A DNA stretch of 64,000 nt from Desulfobaccales bacterium (GTDB lineage Bacteria > Desulfobacterota > Desulfobaccia > Desulfobaccales > 0-14-0-80-60-11). Shown here piece by piece: positions 42,580 to 51,145 of the stretch. Each line of letters opens with the position of its first letter. Positions within the stretch are counted from its first letter, which is position 1. Made by a program: the position numbers and the translations under genes. Where the stretch lies: contig JBAUPV010000030.1 in the NCBI GenBank assembly GCA_049580385.1, forward strand, positions 577,721 to 641,720. Reading direction: 5' to 3'. Under the pieces are notes generated by a model. It worked only from the letters and a program-made list of their open reading frames with translations. It made no database searches and was not told the origin of the DNA.

Positions 42580-42753
42580 ATGAAGATTTTACACGTGTTT
42601 CGGCATCCGCCGGATGAGGTGGTTCTGGAATTGGCGGCTATCGTTTCCCGGGAGAGAGAGGCCGCCGAATTTCCACTGTATCAGGATGGGGTCGATTATG
42701 ATCTGCTGTTGGAGTTGATACTTAGCAACGACCAGGTAATTACCTGGTGGTAA
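42580..42753 (+). CDS. 57-aa ORF, possibly a truncated DsrH-like protein (absent from the ORF track)
   Basis: Hand translation: MKILHVFRHPPDEVVLELAAIVSREREAAEFPLYQDGVDYDLLLELILSNDQVITWW. GAGAGGGG lies 2 nt before the ATG, which is 9 nt after the previous stop. Confidence 0.45.
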   Translation: MKILHVFRHPPDEVVLELAAIVSREREAAEFPLYQDGVDYDLLLELILSNDQVITWW

Positions 42754-43185
42754 GACGAAGAAATATAAGCCCATGGCAAAGGGAAAAAGAAGTTCAGCTT
42801 CCGCTATTTCCCGATAAATGAGCCAGCCGCTCAGAATCCCAGCCTCATTAGCCGTTAGCCTCCAGCCATTTGAGCAGACTGGGGTTGTGGATAGCCTCCA
42901 GTGCGAAGGCGCCGGGCCCATCTCCCCGCCATCTTAAAGGCGGCGCACCTGGTTCCGCCGGCACGCCAGTTCTGCCTCAGCCATACCCATTGGCGTTGAC
43001 CCAAGCGCCCTGCAGCGGCCTGATGTCCATCTCCGGGGCGCCAGTCTCATTCCCCTGCTACCCATTTGCGGATAAACAGAGCACCCCATTAATCAGAATT
43101 TTTCCATAATATCAAAGTAGATAGATGAGTGCCGCGTTTGTTCTGATATACTTTAAAAATAATTCAGGCCCAGGGAAAACCCTCG

Positions 43186-44040
43186 ATGTCATATACACGC
43201 ATTATTATTCTGTTATCGCTAACCATGATTTTATTTGCGAGTAATTCCCTGCTATGCAGGGCCGCTCTCAAGAGTACCAGCATTGACGCAGCCAGCTTTA
43301 CGACAATTCGCTTAATTTCCGGAGCGATTATACTGTGGGTGATAGTGCGAACGAATCACGGCACCCATGTCGGTGGCGGCAACTGGCCGTCAGCTTTTAT
43401 GCTGTTCGTTTATGCTATCGGATTTTCTTTCGCCTATATCAGTCTATCTGCCGCAACCGGTGCCTTACTGCTCTTCAGTGCCGTAGAGGCGACCATGATC
43501 AGCCATGGGATTTGGATGGGAGAACGTCTGCGCAGAGTACAGCTTCTCGGCCTCGTCCTCGCCTTCAGTGGATTTGTCGGTCTGTTGCTGCCAGGGCTCA
43601 CGGCCCCTCCCCTGGGCGGTTCCATATCGATGTTAATCGCCGGGGTGGCTTGGGGCATATATTCTTTGCGCGGGAGAGGGGCGAGAGATCCCGTCAAGTC
43701 AACTGCAGGGAATTTCCTGCGCGCCGTCCCCATGGCGCTGGCACTGAGTATATTGAGCTTTAAAGGCGCCACTCTCGATAATGCCGGAGTCGTCTATGCG
43801 ATAGCGTCGGGCGCCCTGGCTTCTGGAATAGGGTACTCCATCTGGTATATGGCCTTACCCGCCTTAAAGGCTACCAGCGCCGCCATAGTGCAACTCTGTG
43901 CCCCGGTTATTGCGGCCCTGGGTGGCCTCGTCTTGCTTGGTGAGCCTATAACCATGCGCCTGGCGCTGGCCTGCGTAGCTATACTCGGTGGGATCGCCCT
44001 GGCAATTCTGGAGAAGCGCAATGGTAACTTCGCCAACTAG
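43186..44040 (+). CDS. EamA/DMT-family transporter
   Basis: 284 aa, 10 TM in two similar halves. Lower GC than the neighbouring genes. Confidence 0.75.
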   Translation: MSYTRIIILLSLTMILFASNSLLCRAALKSTSIDAASFTTIRLISGAIILWVIVRTNHGTHVGGGNWPSAFMLFVYAIGFSFAYISLSAATGALLLFSAVEATMISHGIWMGERLRRVQLLGLVLAFSGFVGLLLPGLTAPPLGGSISMLIAGVAWGIYSLRGRGARDPVKSTAGNFLRAVPMALALSILSFKGATLDNAGVVYAIASGALASGIGYSIWYMALPALKATSAAIVQLCAPVIAALGGLVLLGEPITMRLALACVAILGGIALAILEKRNGNFAN

Positions 44041-44124
44041 ATCGTTCCAACTGGCACCCCGCCAGGAGGCGTTCGCCTAATGCAGCACCTCGGGGCACCA
44101 ACAGTTTTCGGAACCATGCTGCAA

Positions 44125-44133
44125 TGGTATAAT
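44125..44133 (+). promoter_or_regulatory. Extended -10 promoter
   Basis: TGgTATAAT at 44125-44133, with a weak -35. Would give a leader of about 180 nt before the ATG at 44321. Confidence 0.45.
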
Positions 44134-44221
44134 GGAAAAGTCGACCCCGCCAACGCTACGATTTAGGCCCCGCTTTCCTGATCCTGGCGCTGGGGGTTAT
44201 TCCCCGATCAGGGCCTTCGGG

Positions 44222-44335
44222 CTCTGCCGCTGCCACCGGCAAGGCTGAGGTGCGGCGGGAAAATGTGAGAACCCGGGTGAAATGCCCGGTTGGCAAGCAA
44301 CTGCAAAGGCGAAGCCGGTAATGAGTCCGACCATT
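44222..44335 (+). promoter_or_regulatory. Cobalamin-riboswitch-like leader
   Basis: GCCGC (44226-44230) and GCGGC (44252-44256) form a stem that closes onto GGGAAAA. GAGAA follows. Hairpin CCGGG-UGAAAUG-CCCGG at 44273-44289. Then GUUGGCAAGCAACUGCAAAGG. This order matches the remembered B12-element core (AGGGAA / NCCGGUGNNAAUCCGG / GCUG.C..GCA.C.G.AA.GG). The 3' B12 box is only partial (AGUCCGACC, over the start codon). Confidence 0.5.
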
Positions 44336-46171
44336 CGTATCCTTGGCCGTCCGCAGCCTATAACCGTTGAGGATGGTTCGACTCTTTTGAAGGCGCTGGT
44401 TGCGGCAGGATTTTCCGTCGCGGCCGATTGCGGCGGCAAGGGCAAATGCGGCCGCTGCAAGGTCAAGGTTCATAAAGGGGCATCGCGTCTGCCGCTCGCG
44501 CCGGTGGAGAGCAAACGCCTCGGAGACGCGGAGGCCGCCCGGGGCTTGCGGCTGGCCTGTCAACATGCGGCTGTTGATGGGCTGGTTTTGGAAGTCGTCG
44601 AAGAGTTGTATCGGCAGGAAGTCTACAAAAGGCTTGGGATTGGCCTTGGCCGGCCTTTACCGGTGAGCCCCTCTGTCCACCTGGTTCCTCTTCCCGGTGG
44701 GGAAATTGAAAGTGCCTTGGCGGCAGCAGGGCTTCTCAAGGAGGTCGACTGGCCGGCCATCCTGCCGGACGCCGGGCGTTGCCAACCCCCCGCCGGTGAG
44801 AGACCTGCCGTGTCCGCTGGTCTTCCCCCATCGTGCTGCTCTGCGCTCGTCACCGAGTTTAACCGGGTAATCGGGCTGGTGGCGCCCTCTTTTGCGCCTT
44901 ACGGGGTCGCAGTCGATTTGGGGACCAGCACCATAGCCGTCTACCTGGGCAACCTGCAAACAGGAGAAGTCCTCGGCATCGAGAGCGCCCGCAATCCTCA
45001 AATCTCCTTCGGAGCCGATGTCATGAGCCGGATCACGGCTTGCAGGGATCCCAAGGATGCGGAAACCCTGAGAGAGATGGCCCGTGGGACCATATCTGCC
45101 TGCATCCGGACCCTGGGCCGGCGCTATGACCTTCCCCAGGAAAGTCTGGTGGACGCGCTGGTGGTGGGAAACTCCACCATGATCCACATTCTCCTGGGAG
45201 CCCCCGTGCACGGCCTGGGAGTCGCCCCCTATCGGCCCCTATTTCATGAAAGCCTCAAAGTTCGAGCGCAGGAAATCGGATTGCCGCTCCATGCGGGCGC
45301 CTTCGTGCAAACTCTCCCTCTGCCCTCGGCCTTTGTAGGCGCCGATACGATGGCCGCCTGGTTGTGGGTGGAGCGTACTGGGGATGAAGGCCCGACGCTG
45401 CTTTTGGACCTGGGGACCAACGGAGAGATGGTGCTTTCGGTAAACGGCCGCCTGTGGGCCACCTCCTGCGCCACCGGTCCCGCCTTCGAAGGCGCCACCC
45501 TCAGTTGCGGCATGGCCGGAATGCCCGGCGCCATCGAGAAGGTGGCCTTCCTGGATGGGGCTCTGGAACTGAAGGTGATCGGGGACTCCGCAGATCCTGC
45601 CATCCGCCCGCAGGGCCTTTGCGGTTCTGGCGCCATGTCGGCGCTGGCGGCTCTCCTGAAGTGCGGCATCATTCGTCCTGACGGGAGATTCGAGCCGGGT
45701 TTGCATCATAAGTCTCTGCGGCGTACGCCTGCAGGAGTCGAATTCATTCTCGCTTCGGCTAAACAGGCTGCCAATGGACGGCCTGTCGTCATGACCCAGA
45801 AAGATGTTCGGGAATTACAGCTTGCCAAGGGCGCCGTCGCCACCGGGATTAAGTTCCTCTGTAAGGCTGCAGGAATCCGGGCGCCGGCACGCATACTTCT
45901 GGCCGGAGCCTTTGGCAACGTTATTGCGGCAGAGGATGCCATTACTATGGGTATGGTCCCCAGGATCGATGCCGGCAGAATCGCCGGAATCGGCAATGCC
46001 GCCGGGCTGGGGGCCTCACTGGCCCTCTTGGATATTCGGGGCCGCCGGCGTGCCGAGGCGCTGCTTCACGAAATGGAGGTGGTAGAAATGGGCGACGCCC
46101 CGGGTTTCAGAGAGGCCTTCTTTGCAAGCCTTGCCTTTCCGGAAGGACGGCAAGCGGACCGAGAGCTTTAA
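44321..46171 (+). CDS. RACo-type reductive activator of corrinoid proteins ([2Fe-2S] ferredoxin + ASKHA ATPase)
   Basis: N-terminal plant-type ferredoxin (CGGKGKCGRCKV...LACQ). ASKHA phosphate motifs DLGTSTIAVYL and LDLGTNGEM. Confidence 0.8.
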   Translation: MSPTIRILGRPQPITVEDGSTLLKALVAAGFSVAADCGGKGKCGRCKVKVHKGASRLPLAPVESKRLGDAEAARGLRLACQHAAVDGLVLEVVEELYRQEVYKRLGIGLGRPLPVSPSVHLVPLPGGEIESALAAAGLLKEVDWPAILPDAGRCQPPAGERPAVSAGLPPSCCSALVTEFNRVIGLVAPSFAPYGVAVDLGTSTIAVYLGNLQTGEVLGIESARNPQISFGADVMSRITACRDPKDAETLREMARGTISACIRTLGRRYDLPQESLVDALVVGNSTMIHILLGAPVHGLGVAPYRPLFHESLKVRAQEIGLPLHAGAFVQTLPLPSAFVGADTMAAWLWVERTGDEGPTLLLDLGTNGEMVLSVNGRLWATSCATGPAFEGATLSCGMAGMPGAIEKVAFLDGALELKVIGDSADPAIRPQGLCGSGAMSALAALLKCGIIRPDGRFEPGLHHKSLRRTPAGVEFILASAKQAANGRPVVMTQKDVRELQLAKGAVATGIKFLCKAAGIRAPARILLAGAFGNVIAAEDAITMGMVPRIDAGRIAGIGNAAGLGASLALLDIRGRRRAEALLHEMEVVEMGDAPGFREAFFASLAFPEGRQADREL

Positions 46172-46174
46172 CCT

Positions 46175-48400
46175 ATGAGTCGTTTGCTATCATTACTTGC
46201 GCCAAAACTCCGCAGCCGGCTGGTGCTTCTGGTGCTCCTGGCTGTCCTGCCATCTCTGGGGCTGATGTTCTACATGGGATTGGAAGAACATCAGATACAG
46301 TCGGCTGACCTGGAGATGAACACCCTGCGGCTTACTCGCCTGGCAGCCGGCCACTTGAGCCAGGCTATCGAAGGAACCCGCCAGTTGCTTACGGGGCTTT
46401 CCCAGTTGCGCGAGGTCCGCGAGGGTGATTTCGAGGAGAGCAGAGAGCTCTTTGTAAATCTACTCAAGGAATTTCCATATTATGTGAACCTGGGCATGAT
46501 TGACGACAACGGCGATATCGTCTGCAGCGGCTGGCAATCTGAGGCGCCCGTTCATTTGGGAGACCAGGGTTATGTCCAGCGCGCCCTGAAGACGGGCGAT
46601 TTTGTGATAAGCGGTTATCAACTGGAGAGCTCCAGCGGAAAACCGGTAATCTATTTCGTTTATCCGGTAAAGGGTTTGGTGTCTGAGGTTTATGCCGCTC
46701 TCGACCTCTCCTCGATCAAAACTATCGACATTGCGGCGCAACTCCCAGCCGGCGGAGTGTTTCTGGTCCTAGATTACAATGGCGTGATTCTGGCCCGGTA
46801 CCCTGCTCCTGAAAAGTGGATCGGCCAACTTATGCCTGCCGATTGGCCCTTTTTGGGCTATTTGATGGTCCCTTTCGAGCCGGTGGTTGACGCCGGTACG
46901 GATGAAGGCCGGGGCTCGCTCGTGGCCATTAATGGCGGCGACCTGAAACCGGAGCGGCTCTATGGGATCACCACGATTCATGCCGCTCCGGAGACGAACA
47001 TCTACGTAAGCATCGGGATGTCGAAGGAAACGGCTTTCGCCGCGATTAATCGCGTATTCCAAAGGAATGTTACAGGTGTGGTCCTGGTTGGTATTCTGGC
47101 ACTGGTGGCGGCCTGGATAGGCGGCGACGTCTTTATTTTGCGCCGCCTGAAGGATCTCGTCGGCGCCACCAAACGCATGGCTTCCGGAGATCTGGGCGTG
47201 CGGGTCAGGCCGTTCGGCGATCGTGACGAACTTAGCATATTGGCTTCCTCGTTCAACGAAATGGCCGAATCGCTCGACGCCCGCACCACGCAGGTGCGCC
47301 AGGCTGAGGCCAAGTACCGCACCCTTGTAGAGCAGATCCCGATGGTCACTTATACCGCGCCCCTGGACAAGGCTCGCGGCGCCTTCTACATCAGCCCGCA
47401 GATTGAATCGATCCTGGGGTACTCTCCTAAAGAGTGGCTGGCTGACCCGGGATTGTGGGTCAAGCTACTCCACCCGGAGGATCGGGATCGGGTTTTGGCG
47501 GAAAGTCAGAGAGCCCCCCTGGATTCTAACGGGGCAGTATTTCGGTCTGAATACCGTATACTTACCAGAAAAAGCGACGTGTTGTGGCTCCGCGACGAGG
47601 CCACGGCGGTGAGAAGTGGACTGGCTGAGCCTGAGTTTTTACAGGGAATCATGTTCGATGTCACGGATCAAAAACGGTTTGAAGAAGAACTTAAGAGTTC
47701 CCATGAAAGAATGCGCGAGCTTGCCGCTCACATAGAAGGCGTGCGGGAAGAAGAAAGAACCCGGATTGCCCGGGAGATCCACGACGAACTGGGCCAGGCG
47801 CTCACAGGTATCAAGATCGATCTGGCCTGGATGAACAAGAAACTCCAGTTTCCCGATGGAGCCACCGAGACAGGCTTGCTGTTAAAGAGGATAACAGGCA
47901 TGAAGGATACCATCGACGCCACGGTGCAAGTGGTGCGAAAGATCAGCGCCGAACTCAGGCCGGGTATCCTCGATGGGTTCGGTCTGCCGGCGGCCATCGA
48001 ATGGCAGGCTGCGGAGTTTCAGGACCGTACCGGTTTACAGTGCCAAATCAGCGCCATTCCTGAGGATCTGGATCTGGCTGAAAGGCCTTCTTCAGCAATT
48101 TTTCGAATTTTCCAGGAACTTTTGAATAACGTCGTCCGCCACGCCAACGCCAGCAAGGTAAGTATCAGCTTGAGGAAGAGGAGGGGAATGCTGATCCTGG
48201 AGGTTCAGGACAATGGCAGAGGAATTTCCGAGAACGAAAAATACAAGGCAAATTCCTTCGGGCTTTTGGGAGTCCGGGAGCGAGTGGCGATCCTGGGTGG
48301 CAAGTCCAGCATTAAAGGCGTCCAGGGGCAGGGGACGATTGTCACCATAAGGATTCCCCTTCCAGGCGAATCAGGAACTAATAACCACATCAAAGCCTAG
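46175..48400 (+). CDS. Sensor histidine kinase (periplasmic Cache-like domain, HAMP, PAS, HisKA_3, HATPase)
   Basis: Two TM segments flank a periplasmic region of about 270 aa. HAMP RMASGDLGVRV...FNEMAESL. H-box RIAREIHDELGQ. N/G boxes NNVVRHANA and DNGRGI...GLLGVRERV. Confidence 0.85.
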   Translation: MSRLLSLLAPKLRSRLVLLVLLAVLPSLGLMFYMGLEEHQIQSADLEMNTLRLTRLAAGHLSQAIEGTRQLLTGLSQLREVREGDFEESRELFVNLLKEFPYYVNLGMIDDNGDIVCSGWQSEAPVHLGDQGYVQRALKTGDFVISGYQLESSSGKPVIYFVYPVKGLVSEVYAALDLSSIKTIDIAAQLPAGGVFLVLDYNGVILARYPAPEKWIGQLMPADWPFLGYLMVPFEPVVDAGTDEGRGSLVAINGGDLKPERLYGITTIHAAPETNIYVSIGMSKETAFAAINRVFQRNVTGVVLVGILALVAAWIGGDVFILRRLKDLVGATKRMASGDLGVRVRPFGDRDELSILASSFNEMAESLDARTTQVRQAEAKYRTLVEQIPMVTYTAPLDKARGAFYISPQIESILGYSPKEWLADPGLWVKLLHPEDRDRVLAESQRAPLDSNGAVFRSEYRILTRKSDVLWLRDEATAVRSGLAEPEFLQGIMFDVTDQKRFEEELKSSHERMRELAAHIEGVREEERTRIAREIHDELGQALTGIKIDLAWMNKKLQFPDGATETGLLLKRITGMKDTIDATVQVVRKISAELRPGILDGFGLPAAIEWQAAEFQDRTGLQCQISAIPEDLDLAERPSSAIFRIFQELLNNVVRHANASKVSISLRKRRGMLILEVQDNGRGISENEKYKANSFGLLGVRERVAILGGKSSIKGVQGQGTIVTIRIPLPGESGTNNHIKA

Positions 48401-48419
48401 CGTTAGCGGAGAAGCCGAG

Positions 48420-49061
48420 ATGCCCAGAGTATTGGTTGCCGATGATCACGCCATCATGAGGCGTGGTTTGAAACACATCCTGGAGGAAGAATTCCACAGT
48501 ATCATATTCGGGGAAGCCAGCAACGGTCAGGAGGCGCTCGATCTGGCCTGGAAGCAGGACTGGGATATTGTGATCCTCGACATCACCATGCCCGGCCGCG
48601 GCGGACTCGACATACTGAAAGAGTTGAAACAGTTCCGCCCGAAACTGCCGGTGCTGGTCCTTAGTATGCACTCGGAAGATCAGTTTGCGGTGCGCGTCTT
48701 GAAGGCCGGCGCCTCAGGCTATATGACCAAGGAAAACGTTCCTGAGGAACTGGTCAAGGCCTTCAAGAAAGTGCTGGCAGGCGGGAAATACGTCAGCGCC
48801 TCTCTTGCGGAAAAATTGGCTCTCCGCCTGGAAATCGATGACGAGAAGCCCTTATATGAAACGCTCTCGGATCGCGAATACCAGGTACTCTGTCTGATCG
48901 GCTCGGGGAAAACCGTCAAACAGATATCCGAGGAGCTAGCGCTCAGCATCAAAACGATCAGCACCTACCGCACCAGGATCCTGGAAAAGCTCAGAATGAC
49001 CTCGAACGCGGAACTGACCCATTATGCCCTGAAACACAAATTGGTGGATTGTGACCTTTAG
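48420..49061 (+). CDS. NarL/LuxR-family response regulator
   Basis: Receiver domain (RVLVADDH...DITMPG). C-terminal LuxR HTH (LSDREYQVLCLIGSGKTVKQISEELALSIKTISTYRTRILEKL). Confidence 0.9.
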   Translation: MPRVLVADDHAIMRRGLKHILEEEFHSIIFGEASNGQEALDLAWKQDWDIVILDITMPGRGGLDILKELKQFRPKLPVLVLSMHSEDQFAVRVLKAGASGYMTKENVPEELVKAFKKVLAGGKYVSASLAEKLALRLEIDDEKPLYETLSDREYQVLCLIGSGKTVKQISEELALSIKTISTYRTRILEKLRMTSNAELTHYALKHKLVDCDL

Positions 49062-49133
49062 GAGTGCCGGCAATGGCTCGGTGAAGAGGAACTGAGCTGA
49101 GCTTATCATAACAGACCAGGAAAGAGGACGCCC

Positions 49134-49697
49134 ATGAAGCGCAACAAGAGATGGGGCATGACCCTGGCGGTGCTGCTGGCCGTCTTCCTTGCTGCTGCGG
49201 CCTGGGGTCAACTGCGAATCCAATCGGGGGCCTTGACCGACGCCTTAAAGGATAACATCCGGCACCCGCCGAAATTGGAGGAGTTGATCTTCCGGCTCAC
49301 CAACGACGCTCGCCGCCAGAACGGCCTCCCCGACCTGGAGCCGGATGAGGCGCTGTCGGAAGCGGCCCGGAATTACAGCGACGAGTTGCTGAAGGGCAAC
49401 TTCTTCAGCCATAAAGACCTCCAGGGCAGGGGCCCCCAGCAGCGCCTGGATGAGGAACAACCGGCGAAGCAGGCGTATGCTTATCGCGTGGGCGAGAATA
49501 TTGCCGGTTTTTCCAGACTCGATTATTCTGACACTAAAACCCTAGCCCGGATGATCATGGATGGTTGGATGACTTCCCCGGCCCACCGGCAGAATATTCT
49601 CCAGCCTCTCTATACCCATTTAGGGGTGGGGGTGTCGATCCAGGGAACAGAGCTGCGGGTCACTCAGGAATTTGCCAGAAGGACGGCCCTGAGATAG
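49134..49697 (+). CDS. Secreted CAP/SCP (YkwD-like) domain protein
   Basis: Signal peptide. NFFSHKD, GENIA and WMTSPAHRQNIL...THLGVGV motifs. Confidence 0.75.
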   Translation: MKRNKRWGMTLAVLLAVFLAAAAWGQLRIQSGALTDALKDNIRHPPKLEELIFRLTNDARRQNGLPDLEPDEALSEAARNYSDELLKGNFFSHKDLQGRGPQQRLDEEQPAKQAYAYRVGENIAGFSRLDYSDTKTLARMIMDGWMTSPAHRQNILQPLYTHLGVGVSIQGTELRVTQEFARRTALR

Positions 49698-49904
49698 ATC
49701 AGGCTCGCCATTAAGAACTCCTTAGCCTTTCCGTTAATCCCCCATCCACCTGTCGCCCCGGGGGGGGGAGGGAAAAACTCGAGTGGAAGCCTATGAGAGT
49801 GAGACGTCCAGAGACTAACCCCTCAGGGCCCTGCTCAAACAACTGCCTGAAACCGACCCGAAAGATTAGCGAAGCGAATCTGAAACTTAGGTCAAACCAG
49901 TCTC

Positions 49905-51077
49905 ATGCTCAGGAAACCATGCCATTCGAACGAAGCGCAACCGGCCAGCGCCGGGCATCCGGCGACAGCCCTGGATACCCGCCTGAACGAATTTCTCACG
50001 AAGTGCCGTTCAGGACGTACACCCCGCGAATGCCTGATATGCCAGAAAAATTGTGAATTCCTGCGCAGCACCATGACTCCCAGACAACTGGCTGAAAAGC
50101 TGAAAGAGGATTATGGCTTTGACGCTACCATTCCCTTTTCCTGCAACCTTTGCAGCCTGTGTGGCGAGCTTTGCCCTGAAGGTTTGGACGTTGGCGGTCT
50201 CTGCCAGGAAGTCAGGACCTACCTTTCCTCTCAAGGCCTGTCCCCTCTGCCCCAGCACAAACCGGTTATCAGCCATCAGCGGTGGAGCTCCTCCAGGGTT
50301 TTCACGTTAGCCAAAGCAAATCGCCTGAACCAGGCAGACACTCGACAGGTTTTTTTCCCGGGGTGCAATCTCGCTGCCTATTCACCTGACCTGGTGGCGA
50401 AAACCTTTGAGCATTTGCGCAGCAAAATGCCCCATACCGGGATCATCCTTAACTGCTGCGGCGCTCCCAGCTATCTGCTGGGTGAAATGACTCTATTCCA
50501 AGGCATCCTGGAGGGAATCGACCGGCAGCTGAAAGCCCTGGGGGCCTCTGAAATCATAACGGCCTGCCCCGGGTGCTACCAGTTTCTCAAGGTTCATGCC
50601 CCTCAATGGAAGATCAGCGGCCTCTACGATGTGTTGGTTGAAGTCGGGCTACCGGAGAGGGACTTTGGGACCGCGGCAGCTATTTTTGCCATCCATGATT
50701 CTTGTCCGGTTCGCCATGAGGCGGCATTCCGGCAGTCCGTTCGGGAGGTGCTGCAGAAACTGGGGTGCCGCACCGCAGAGATGAAGTTCAGCGGGGAAAG
50801 GACACGCTGTTGTGGGGGAGGGGGCATGATGGCCGCAATAAATCCCGGGCTCTCCGGGAAGATTGCCCGGCGGCGCGTGGAGGAAACTCCCCATGATATC
50901 GTGACTTACTGCGCCGGATGCCGCGAGAATTTCGCCCGCCAGGAAAAGGGAGCACTGCATGTGTTAGACCTGGTATTTAATTCCAACTGGCAGCAGGACA
51001 GCACGAAGCCGCCTGGCGCTGGCCTTAAGAAGTGGAAGAACCGCTGGGACTTAAAGCGTCGGTTAAAGCGGAGCTAG
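49905..51077 (+). CDS. HdrD/GlpC-like Fe-S oxidoreductase with two CCG domains
   Basis: CNLCSLCGELCPEG ferredoxin motif. CCG-type blocks FFPGCNL...NCCGAP and HDSCP...RCCGGGG. Confidence 0.7.
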   Translation: MLRKPCHSNEAQPASAGHPATALDTRLNEFLTKCRSGRTPRECLICQKNCEFLRSTMTPRQLAEKLKEDYGFDATIPFSCNLCSLCGELCPEGLDVGGLCQEVRTYLSSQGLSPLPQHKPVISHQRWSSSRVFTLAKANRLNQADTRQVFFPGCNLAAYSPDLVAKTFEHLRSKMPHTGIILNCCGAPSYLLGEMTLFQGILEGIDRQLKALGASEIITACPGCYQFLKVHAPQWKISGLYDVLVEVGLPERDFGTAAAIFAIHDSCPVRHEAAFRQSVREVLQKLGCRTAEMKFSGERTRCCGGGGMMAAINPGLSGKIARRRVEETPHDIVTYCAGCRENFARQEKGALHVLDLVFNSNWQQDSTKPPGAGLKKWKNRWDLKRRLKRS

Positions 51078-51145
51078 ACCCTGGCGACCATGAATGGTCT
51101 ATCCCCAAAGCGCCTTACCGACAAAAATTCGGAAGAAGGTTTGAG

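Noticed and set aside
42754-43185. Possible decayed gene remnant on the minus strand. Fragments include GAPEMDIRPLQGAWVNANGYG and GAFALEAIHNPSLLKWLEANG, in different frames.
   Set aside because: The fragments are short, in three frames, and belong to no family I can name. This cannot be supported without a translated search.
44156-44566. 136-aa and 89-aa minus-strand ORFs over the RACo leader
   Set aside because: They are antisense to a probable structured leader and to the ferredoxin domain of RACo. No motif was found.
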